DNA from: Squalus acanthias
Taxonomy: Eukaryota
Reading direction: 5' to 3'
Assembly: GCA_030390025.1 (NCBI GenBank)
Contig: CM059445.1
Location: 16,740,001 to 16,804,000, forward strand
DNA: 64,000 bases
Of this stretch, positions 13,301-25,300 are shown one piece after another. The notes beneath the pieces were generated by a model. It did no database searches and had not been told where the DNA came from. It worked only from the letters and a program-made list of their open reading frames with translations. The position numbers and the translations under genes are program-made. How positions within the stretch are numbered: the stretch's first letter is position 1; every line of letters starts with the position of its first letter.

Positions 13301-16300
13301 GGGAAGGGGTTTGATACACTGGAATTCTATCCAGTGGGATGATTGGAAAGGGTTTGATACACTGGAATTCTATCCAGCGGGATGATTGGAAAGGGTTTGA
13401 TATATCTCAATTGCATGCAATGAAAAATTCCGTTTAATTGGGAATCTCCCTATAATTGCCCTGCCACAACTCGCCTCTAGTCTCGACCTTAGCGGAAATT
13501 ATCTTTAAAAATGTTCATGACTTACATGGGAAGCACAAGACGCAGCGAGCTGTGTTAAAATTTCCTGCGTGCATCCTGAGCACTAAATGTAAAACTAATG
13601 TGGCTCGCGGGTGAATCGCAAGCACTGACAAAAGCCGATGAAACCAATTTAGGATTTTCCACTTGGCTGAGTCTCTGAGGGTGGGGGTGGATGTAACAGA
13701 TTGTCCATAATTCTGCATTTCAAACCTCATTTATTTTATCGGACTTTTTCACAATGCTCGGCACTTACACTTTTTCTACAATTCATTCTCTGGATGTGGG
13801 CGTCACTGGCAAGGCCAGCATTTATTGCCCATCCCTAGTTGCCCCTCGAGAAAGTGGTGCTGAGCCGCCGCCTTGAACCGCTGCAGTCCATGTGGTGAAG
13901 GTACTCCCACAGTGCTGTTAGGGAGGGAGTTCCAGGATTTTGACCCAGCGACGATGAAGGAACGGCTGATATATTTCCAAGTCGGGATGGTGTGTGACTT
14001 GGAGGGGAACTTGGAGGTGGTGGTGTTCCCATGCGCCTGCTGCCCTTGTCCTTCTAGATGGTGGAGGACGTGGGTTTGGGAGGTGCTGTCCCTTTGATTA
14101 AAAATAAGGTTCTTAACTGAATCACGTGGTGTTAGATATTTGTATTTTTAGATAAACTCCTTACAAGCACAACATCCTATATATTTACAGAATAACATCA
14201 TGTGGCCGTGTTATTTTTCATGTAGGGTTCGCCCGGACGAGAAGGCCCAACAGGTAGGACTGGGCCTGTGGGGCCACAGGGCTCACCAGGCAATCATGGG
14301 CCTGAAGGACTCCGAGGGATACCTGGCCCCGCAGTAAGTAAACGATACAAAGAGACTGTTATCATTATTATTTCATCATAAACTGTATCAACTGCTGGAC
14401 ATATTATCAATGGATAACCACTCGCAATGTCTTTTCTTTTCAAACAGGGAGAACAAGGCCTTCCTGGACCTCCCGGTCAGTCTGGTCCACCTGGCCCGAT
14501 GGTAAGATAGGAACAGGAGGAGGCCATTCAGCCCCTCGAGCCTGTTCCGCCATTCAATGAGATCATGGGTGATCTGTATCCTAACTCCATCCACCCGCCC
14601 TGGCTCCAGATCCTTATGTACCCTTGTCTAGCAAAAATCTATCGATCTCCGATTTAAAATTATTAATTGAGCTAGCATCTATTGCTTTTTTGTGGGAGAG
14701 AGTTCCACACTTCTACCACCCTTTGCGTGTAGAAGTGTTTCCTAACTTCTCTCCTGAATGGCCTGGCTCTGATTTTAAGGTTATGTCCCCCTTGTCCTAG
14801 ACTCCCCTATCCTCGATGTTCCCCCTAATTAGTTTTTGAGTGCGTGGCCCCTTTAAGGGGCTGTGCGGGCCATTCACAGTTTTGCGCATGCGCGGAATTT
14901 AGCATTGGAAAAGCTGGTCGTGAGGGACCGGCAAACAGCCGAGCAGCTTAGTGGGAACATTGCCCACCAGTGCAAAATGTTTCTCTCTACCTACCTTATC
15001 AATTCCTTTCAAAATCCTAAAAACCTCAATCCAATCCTCCCTTAACCGTTTACATTCCAGGGAATACAAGCCTAGTTGATGTAATCGCTCCTCATATAGT
15101 TTAACCCTTGGAGCCCTGGTAACATTCTGGTGAATCTGTGCTGCGCTCCTTCCAAGGTCAATAGATCCTTTCTAAGGTGCGGAGCCCAGAACTGCTCTCA
15201 GTACTCCAGATGTGGTCTAAGCAGGGCTTTGTACAGCTGTAGCTAAACCTCCTCCCATTTATATTCTAGCCCTCTAGCTACAAAGGCTAACATTCCATTA
15301 GTCTTTTTGATTTTATTTTTTGCGCCAGACTGCTACAGCTTAATGATGGAGTAGATTTAATCTGAGACTGATGATTCGGCCCTCTGCTTACAGAATGATT
15401 TTGAGAAACGGCTACCCTCCTGGGCAAACCAGTTTTATTTATTTTCAGTTCGTGCACTGTGACACTGAACTAAACTGCAATATTAAATAAAAACACAAGA
15501 CATAGGGGGCGGGAGTAGGCCATTCGGCCCCTCGAGCCTGCTCCGCCATTCAGTAAGATCACGGCTGATCTTTGACCTCACCTCCACCTTCCTGCCCGAT
15601 CCCCAAATCCCTTGATTCCCTTAATATCCAAAAATCTATCGCTCAGCCTTGAATATACTCATCGACTGAGAATCCACAGCCCTCTGGGGTAGAGAATTCC
15701 AACGATTCACCACCCTACACAATATTACTGTTTAAAAAAAAAAAATAACCTTCTCAAACTTCAAGAATATCTTAACTCCTGCAATATTAACTCCATGCCA
15801 GCAAATTAAATCCCTCAAATAATTTCATGCTAAAAATAATTTAACCTGTACTCGCCCAGCTATAATTTTTTCCTCTCCCAATTCTCTATTCTCTTACAAT
15901 CCTAGAATCCTACAGCACAGAAGAGGCCATCCAATTAGTCCCACTCCCCCTGCTCTTTCCCCATCGCCCTGCAAATTTCTCCTCTTGGAATATTTATCCC
16001 ATTCCCTTTTTGATAGTTACGATTGAATCTGCTTCCACTGTTCCGCACCCATGAGGACGGCCTCAACAGGGATCTTGGGTTCATGTCACGCTACATGTAA
16101 CCCCACCTGACGTAGAGTCATCCAGACTCGAGTCGTCGTTGGCTTGTTCTCTCTACACAGATGCGGCCAGACCTGCTGTGATTTCCAGCAAAAAAAGTTT
16201 TTTGTTTTCCATACAGACCCCAGCATCTGCCACATTTGACACCCTGTGAGCCCACCTCATTGTCTTTGATGTAAAGTTTTCCTGACTGACCTGTTTGGAC

Positions 16301-19300
16301 ACCATCCACACCTTTGATTGCCGTGATTATCTCTCTGCCGAGGTGTGATAAAGGGCAGTTAGAAAGATTAACTGTAGTCATCTGGCAGTGTTCTCTGACT
16401 ATATATGCTGTGCCTATATGCATCTCTTCACTTCACCTGACGAAGGAGCAGTGCTCCGAAAGCTTGTGATTTCAAATAAAACTGTTGGACTATAACCTGG
16501 TGTTGTGCGACTTCTCACACTGCCCTACCAGTCAGCGTGCTTTCCAGCATTTCCTTTAACTATGATTTTACTCTTTTTCTACCTATTTTAACCCTTTATA
16601 TTTTTTTTTTAAGTTTAAAGTGTTTCATTTCTTGTTCTCCTGCCTCCCTCTCCCACCAGCGATTTTGAAGGCCCAACGCCTTAAAATGAGAGTGTGCATT
16701 CCATATCGGGCAAACAGAACCTGCCCGAGTGGACTTTACAGCAGCTTGGTGTGGAGATCCTTAAATATGGGGATGGGACGCCGCACGTGTCTAGCTGACC
16801 GGAACATAGTGCCTCTCTTTCTTGATCTCCCTCCCTGCCTGTAATGATTTGCAAACATTCTCTGTTGCTTGTAGGAAAGGAGGAGGCTTACTATGGGGAG
16901 CAAGCTAACCCACCGTTCACAGCCATTGCGGAGGGCAATAGGTTCGGAATCAAAGTGAAATCCAACCTCTCTCGCTCTCACTCTCCAAAGAGAGATGGTG
17001 AGCGTAGTGTGACGAAATACTGGGATTGGGAGATGGCAATCCTGGGAGGAGGGCGAGAGGTTGTCAACATCTGTGGGACGCTCCTGCCTTTATATTAGGG
17101 GGACCTCGTTAAATCTCATCTGCTTGTCTTTTAATGTGTGTAACTGTCTGTTTTCTTACACTGTTTAGGGCCCTCCCGGTATGCCTGGTCTGAAGGGGGA
17201 TGAAGGATTAAAAGGTGACAAGGTAGGCAATCTCCTCAGATCCGTTGAAGAGATGGTGTGTTCGTGATGGCCTTGTTCTAATCACTTCTATAGATCCACT
17301 GGCACCCAGAGCCACATTCCTATTTAATACCCAACCTCATTTCATCCCAACACCGTTGAATTATCTACAGTAGTGATATATTAAATGTTATTACACTTAA
17401 TATGTCTCTCTTGCACACTCTGGGGGACGGTAGCATAGTGGTTATGGTACTGGCCTAGTAATCCCGAGGCCTTGACTAATAATCTGGAGACGTGAGTTCA
17501 AATCCCACCACAGCAGCTGGGGAATTTAAATTCAGTGAATTAAATAAATCTGGAATAAAAAGCTAGTGTCAGTAATGGTGACCATGAAACTACCGTAAAA
17601 ACCCAACTGGTTCACTAATGTCCTTTAGGGAAGGAAATCTGCTGCCCTTACCCGGTCTGGCCTATGTGGTTGACTCTTAACTGCCCCTCTGAAATGGCCC
17701 AGCAAGCCACTCAGTTGTAACAAATCACGACGACAAAGTCAGCACTGTGGGAGTACCTTCACCACACGGACTGCAGCGGTTCAAGAAGGCGGCTCACCAC
17801 CACCTTCTCGAGGGCAATTAGGGATGGGCAATAACTGCTGGCCTTGCCAGCGACACCCAGATCTCATGAACGAATAAAAAATAAATAAAACACTCTCACT
17901 CTCTCACATTCACAGATTTAATACTAAAGAGTTTGAAAATATGTAAATAACTGACATAACTTATGAATTTTCTTTTGTTCATTCATGGGATGTGGGCGTC
18001 GCTGGCAGGGCCAGCATTTATTGCCCGTCCCTAATTGCCCTGTGAGTACAGAGGCCATCCGAGTTCTGATGAGAGGTCATCCACCTGAAAAGTTAACTCT
18101 GTTTCTCTCTCCACAATTAAACCTGGCAGCAAGTTAGCAACATGTGTGCTCTGCCTCCTATTGGTCTAAGGGGCATTTTTCTTTGGGGTTTTTACTCCAG
18201 ATGTTCCCATGGGTTTAGCCTCATTGGCCCTTCCACAAGAAGAACTCTCATCTCCTATGAACCAGTGTGTGCTTTTACCTGCTCACTATCTGGGTAAAAG
18301 ACACGAGACCCAGGGTTTGAACAGTGAGCCCAATCACTGTACTCTGGTTTACTGGAATATATTGCATACTCCCCGGTGGTGATCTCATCTTCTGCAGGCA
18401 AATGAATTTCAGACTGAGGGAGGGGTCAGACTCTAATCCACTAGATACATATATTGAACATTAAACCGGTAAATAGACAGTGCTCAGTACAAATGGTATA
18501 TTTACAGTAAATAGACACTTTACCAATCTCAAAATGTCAGTAAGAACATTAAACTAATGCTTGATGCACCGTTCCTTCACTTCATTAGTGGTTCCTGAAA
18601 GGGGACTCGCCCTTTGCTTTGATGGCTTTGGAGTGACTGCTGCCTTTGTGCAATGCTACCCAAGATAGAATTCCAAATGTCTTTGACAATAGCTCAGAGT
18701 AAAAGGAAATAAAAGCTGTACTAGATTAGCCATTCAGAGGATTGAATGGAATCACTTGACTCCTTCCTGGGAAACCCATTGATTTAGTTCCAAACACGTT
18801 GGATCTGATCCAAGGGCGATGGCAGCATTCTAATTCTCCTGTCGTTTTTCCCTGTTTGTCTTTTCTAGGGGCATGCTGGTTTGATTGGCTTGATTGGACC
18901 TCCTGGTGAGATGGGCGAGAAGGGAGATCGAGGCCTTCCAGGAAACCAAGGAACACAAGGCCCCAAGGGAGAAATTGTGAGTACTGAGGCCATCCAATTG
19001 TTTACAAGCTACGATTCTGACCTACATTTTTGGCGGCAGACTTCACTGATATTGTGGGGAGGGGGGGAGGAGAGAGACGATAAGGAGGTCCTCAAGGGCC
19101 AACAAAGGGTCCAGCAACAATCCGCACTGTGTGATGTTTGCTGTCTCTGGTATCTTGCCTCTGGTGAGGTGAATATAAACGAGGCGTGATTTGGCTGCCA
19201 ATCCGCTTGAGGCATTCGTGCCACATGTACATGCCAGTTTTCCTCATCCCCCAATTCTCACTGCCATGACGGCCTGGTGCAGCACGCCTTATCTGCTCGT

Positions 19301-22300
19301 TGAGGGAGCTCCATGATTTATGAGAATGTGGCCTCAATGTGTTCTAGTGACCCAAAGCATCCACTAAAACAGTTTGATTGCATGAGGGAGCTGAGCAGTT
19401 CAACCCGGAAGGCTGAGCTCACCCTCTGCAGAGAGCCGGCACGAACTCGATGGGCCGAATGGCCTCCTTCTGTGCCTCTATGACTCAACAAATAATATAA
19501 AGTGCAATAACTTTCCAAAATGTGCATTTGCTCCACTATCAACTACAACAACTTGCATTTCTATAGCGCATTTAACGTTGTGCAACATCCCAAGGTGCTT
19601 CACGGGAGCGATTATCAGACAAAATTTGACACCGAGCCACATGAGATATTGGGGCAGGTGACCAAAAGCTTGGTCAAAGAGGTCGGTTTTAAGGAGCCTC
19701 TTAAAGGAGGAGAGAGAGGCGGAGAGGTTTAGGGAGGGAATTCCAGAGCTTGGGGCCCAGGCAGCTGAAGGCACGGCCGCCAATGGTGGAGCTCTGTGAT
19801 TTATCTTTATAAATATGCAAACTGTGAGCAATGCCACAGAACATCTGTTAGTATCTCATCTTTTTATGATTCATAACTTAATCTTTTTTTCTCCCTATTT
19901 TAGGGTCTTCCAGGTTTCGGTGGTCCTTTAGGCCCACCTGGGTCTCTTGGTTTACCAGTAAGTCGATATTTTTTTCTTAGGGTGGGGAAGGCTCCATTTC
20001 GCTCTTGGTAGCCGATCTGTTGCCAATTCATTATTTGTGTCTGTAAAATAATAGTTAATTGGCTCAATAGTTTAGTGGGCATCACAATCTATAGGTTGAC
20101 AGTTCTTGTGCTTGTAGCAAGCTTTTCCAAAGGGCACATGTTCAAACTGGCAAACTCCAAATCTTGGATTGACATCAGGAAATTCTCCACACAAAAGCCT
20201 GATCGAGACATGACATGGACTTCTGGAGAGGGTAATGGAGGCGAAAAACCTGGAACTGTTTAAAGAACAACTGGATGGGGTTGGCAAGACTGCAGGTTCT
20301 ATCCATCTAATGGATGAGCAAGGTTGGGCTGAATGGCCATCCTTAGCCATTCTTGTCTTGCGATGCGACAGATCGCTACCTCGTAAGCATTTGGTTTGCT
20401 AATGTGCAGTGAGCTGCAGGAACTGTCGAATCCTCAATCCATCCAGTACGTTCCAGTTCTGCTTTTAGTTACGATCTCATGGAGCAAGATGGCTGCTCAT
20501 TAAGTACAACTACAAGTATACTCTGTACAGTCAAACCTCCTTCTGCGGCGAGTGTCTCACCTCCTGACTCCCCAAAGCCTTTCCACCATCTACAAGGCAC
20601 AAGTCAGGAGTGTGATGGAATACTCTCCACTTACCTGGATGAGTGCAGCTCCAACAACACTCAAGAAGTTCGACATCATCCAGGACAAAGCAGCCCGCTT
20701 GATTGGCGCCCCATCCACCACCTTAAACATTCACTCCCTCCACCACCGGCGCACCGTGGCTGCAGTGTGTACCGTCTACAAGATGCACTGCAGCAACTCG
20801 CCAAGGCTTCTTCGGCAGCACCTCCCAAACCCGCGACCTCTTCCACCTAGAAGCACAAGGGCAGCAGGTGCATGGGAACACCACCACCTCCAAGTTCCCC
20901 TCCAAGTCACACACCATCCTGACTTAGAAGTATATCGGCGATCCTTCATCGTCGCTGGGTCAAAATCCTGGAACTCCCTCCCTAACAGCACTGTGGGAGC
21001 ACCTTCACCACACGGACTGCAGCCGGTCAAGAAGGCGGCTCACCACCACCTTCTCAAGGGGCAATTAGGGATGGGCAATAAATGCTGGCCTTGCCAGCGA
21101 CGCCCACATCCCATAAACAAATTAAAAAAAAAACTTAGCAGTGCCCTCAATGTATTCACTATTAGATTGTGTCTCCAAAATGTAGCAATGAGAATCCATT
21201 AATTACCCACAAGGAGCTCATATTTAAATAATGAATTTCATTATTGAATGGGGGAGATTCTTGATGAAGTCCATTGTAAAGATAAATTCAGAGGAAGAAG
21301 TTTCAGCAACAGAAAAAGTCAACCAAGGTCGGTCAAGGAAGGCCAAGTCTTTGCAAAATTGGGGCATTGTGGTTTGAAAGGTGCCTTTATTTTTGAAGTT
21401 AAAGAGCATAGGTTGGAGTCCTTGTACTTAGTTGAAATCTGGATGAGGAGAGAGGCACACAGATTACTTGCAGAATTTGTGACTGCTGCCTGGGTTCAGA
21501 ACTTGCGTTGGTGAAGGGCAAGACTTTGGAAGAATTAAGTCAAACTTTGAGGTTGTCTTCCAGAAAATGTTCCCAGACTCTCACTCACAAAACTCTGCTA
21601 GTTCTAATCAAGTACCGAGCCAGTTTAAGTTTTCGAGAAGGGGCTGACTGAACCTTTCTTCCAAGGTTTCAGCCAGGGTCAAATTTTCACTGAGGCAGAC
21701 ATGGCCGCCCTGCCTGCAACAGACATGGCCGCCCTGCCTGCAACAGACATGGCCGCCCTGCCTGCAACAGACATGGCCGCCCTGCCTGCAACAGACATGG
21801 CCGCCCTGCCTGCAACAGACATGGCCGCCCTGCCTGCAACAGACATGGCCGCCCTGCCTGCAACAGACATGGCCGCCCTGCCTGCAACAGACATGGCCGC
21901 CCTGCCTGCAACAGACATGGCCGCCCTGCCTGCAACAGACATGGCCGCCCTGCCTGCAACAGACATGGCAGCCCACTGTATTTTACTGTTAGATTCCACA
22001 TTTCAGCAAGTTGCTTTTATACTTCCTATCTTTATTGTACATGTGTAATAAAGTTTTTCATTCAATCTTTCTATTGTACACTTGCTAGCCGTCTGCTTTC
22101 CCATGAAACTCATTACAGAAACAAATAACCAATGAGTTGTTTGAGTTGTCTTGATGGCGCCTACAACTCTGCACCGGACTGTTCTAGAATCCTGAAATTC
22201 CTGATTATTGGTTGGCTAAAATCTGTCACGTTTTCCCCTTTCTTTTGTTTTAGGGTCAACAAGGTCAGAAAGGTTCTAAAGGTTCCGATGTAAGTAGCTT

Positions 22301-25300
22301 CAATTATTGTTTTGTTGGTCTTTACAACGGATGAAGCTGTGCAGCGTCATTCCATGGTCCTTGAACTGAACATTGTGTGATCTCTTCCTTGCAGGGACCC
22401 TTTGGCCTGAGAGGTGACAATGGGCCACCCGGTCCTCCTGGTCCACCTGTAAGCTTTCATTCATTTATTAATTTCTTGTTGAGGGGAGGGCTATGGGAAG
22501 TAACTGCATTTTCCCCGTGTTAGAGTGGATGAAGCTTTGGTCGTCACCCAAACTGTTCACTTGTGGCCGTCGGCAATATCCCTTCAAGGTTAGACCTTTA
22601 CGGCTGGTGCTGGAAATCTAAACGTTTTTCAGGTTAGTGTATCTTGTCCAGTTGGACATGAAGAGATGTTCAAATAAGAACAACAGGAGCAGGAGTCGGC
22701 CATTCAGCCCTTCGAGCCTGCTCCGCCATTCAATATGATCATGGCTGATCTTCTACCTCATCTCCACCTTCCCGCCATATCCCTTGATTCCTTTGGTATC
22801 CAAAAATCTACCGATCTCTGTCTTGAATATACTCAACGACTGAGCATCCACAGCCCTCTGGGGTAGAGAATTCCAAAGATTCACAATTCTTTGAGTGAAA
22901 ACATTTCTCCTCATCTCAGTCCTAAATGGCCAACCCCTTATTCTGAGACTGTGACCCCTGGTTCTAGACTCCCCAGCCAGGGGAAACATCTGCCCTGTCA
23001 AGCCCTTTTAAGAATATTATATTTTAAATGTAGATGCAATTTATTTTTCAGTAATTAACTAAATATTTCCTTGTAACTCAACGAAGGATAAAAATGATTC
23101 TCACTGCCATTGGGGAAATGGAGCTTCAACGATCCCTCCTCTTGTTTGTAGTAGTCCCACAATTTCCCCCCTCGCCTTCTCCTAGGGTTAACTCACAATT
23201 CTGTAGACAAGTGCCCAGCTTGGTAACCTGATCCGAGGCTTATTCCAAACCTTGTTAACATTTCAGGCCGATGACCTTTCATCAGAACATCATCGACCTG
23301 AAACGTTAACTCTGTTTCTCTCGCCACAGATGCTGCCCCGAGTGTTTGCAGCATTTTCTGGTTTTGTTTCAGATTTCCAGCATCCGCAGTCTTGCTTTTG
23401 TTTTCTATTTCAAGCTGTTTTGTTAAACCAGCCCCAGAGGGTGCCATTGTGAATCACCTCGTAGTTTATCCTTTCATCGACGAGGAAGCACTTGGCCACT
23501 TCCTTGCACCTTCCCCTGCTGGTACATCTTAATATTAGGGACTCAGCACGGGACATTGAAATCCCTCTTTTAATGACAACAGGCGATTTTTTTTTAACGT
23601 AATTAACAGCCTAACAAAATCACACTCTCATAACTCGCGCGATTCAAAGCTGTGCTCGTTATTAAGTGGAGAAAGCGAGCATTAAACTAGTTACTGTTAA
23701 AATGCCATTTAATAGCAATTTTTTTTTTGTTCGTTCCTGGGATGTGGGCGTCGCTGGCAAGGCCGGCATTTATTGCCCATCCCTAATTGCCCTTGAGAAG
23801 GTGGTGGTGGGCCGCCTTCTATAACTGATTGGCTTGCTCTTCCATTTCAGAGGGCAGTTGAGAGTCAACCACGGCTAATTAACTTAGTGAACCAGATGAC
23901 ATTAGTGTACGGCAATCCGGTAGTTTCATGGTCACCGTTACTGACACTAGCTTTTTATTCCAGATTTATTTAATTAACTGAATTTAAATTCCCCCAACTG
24001 CCGTGGTGGGATTTGAACTCGTGTCTCCTGGATTACTAGTCCAGGCCTTTGGATCACTAGTCCAGCAACATAACCACTATGCTACCGTACCCCATATTTA
24101 TGCCCCATTGTGGTTTAATCCTTAAAAGTGCAGACGTAACCTCCCACCCTGTAGTACTGAACCGCCATGTTGCCCTTATGTTATCCCCAGGACTCACTGT
24201 ACATGGAGTCTCTGCCACTGTGAGTAATTTATAATAGACACTCAAGAGACTTGAGAGGGTCTTGGACAAAGTGTACATGTTTTATTAGTTATAAAAGATG
24301 TTACAATACAAGAAATAAAGAGTTAAAATACTTGTAGCGTAGTAAAATAAGAGATACAACCTGGTAACATCTTCATGGTTTCGAGGCGATCGATCTCGAA
24401 TGTGGTAACACAAGAGGGGTCCCGTCTCACTCCAATAACGTTCTAATATTCTATGCTTCATATCTGCCTTGTCTACAATAAATCACTCATTATATTACGG
24501 GAACTTGAGCCTGCTTTTTGTGCTTGTATGTCAATAGATTTCAATGCTCCTGCCCCCGCAGGGTAAGCAGCCTCCCGCACAGTTCCCATGCTATCAACCC
24601 ATAAACATAAGAAACCCACAGTAGACAAAGTGCCTTCTGACAGAGGTGTGCAAGGCCAGCCACACAAACTGCTGAATTCTACTGAATAGTCATTTTCTCA
24701 CACCCACATTCAAGTTATAGAAGGTAAATTTGTGGTTAGCTACGATGAATGATAGGCTGTTGCAGTCTCCTGGACTCTTAATGTCCTTGGCGGGCGTAGA
24801 GGGAGGGGTGATAGGGGAGAGGGAGAGGGTGGGTTCCCTGAGGTTCTCCTAACATGCCCACAGGTTATTTCTGTGGGTTGAGGGGCTGGGCAAAAGGTCC
24901 ACGCGGTCGCTGGATGAGGCGCGTTTGGTCCGTTGTGTATGTCGGTGCACCATCCTGATATGAACGGGCTCCTGTCTCTGTCCCGACCAGGGCCCACCAG
25001 CTGAGACCATACAGCCACTACCGATGTACAGAAAGAAGACTAGGAGGCATGCTGAGACCGAACAGGCCGATGATGACGGGGGGGGTTACTCCGACTACGC
25101 CGATGGCATGGAGGAGATCTTCGGGGCTCTGTCTTCACTGAAAGACGAGGTAGAACAGATGAGACGTCCAGTGGGGACGCAGAGCAACCCCGGGCGTACC
25201 TGCAAGGAGCTTCAGCTCTGTCACCCACACTTCAAGGATGGTAAGTTAGAAAACTCATTTAGCAGCCTGCTCCCTTCTCGGGTCTGCTCCATGCTTTGTG

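Noticed and set aside
12440-13319. Long repetitive ORFs (up to 263 aa) and a CRISPR-like periodicity
   Set aside because: This is a head-to-tail 44 bp tandem repeat with no unique spacers and no cas genes, in an intron of a vertebrate gene. The ORFs are by-products of a stop-poor unit.
21608-22048. Cys-rich or Ala-rich repeat proteins
   Set aside because: These are translations of the 24 bp minisatellite.
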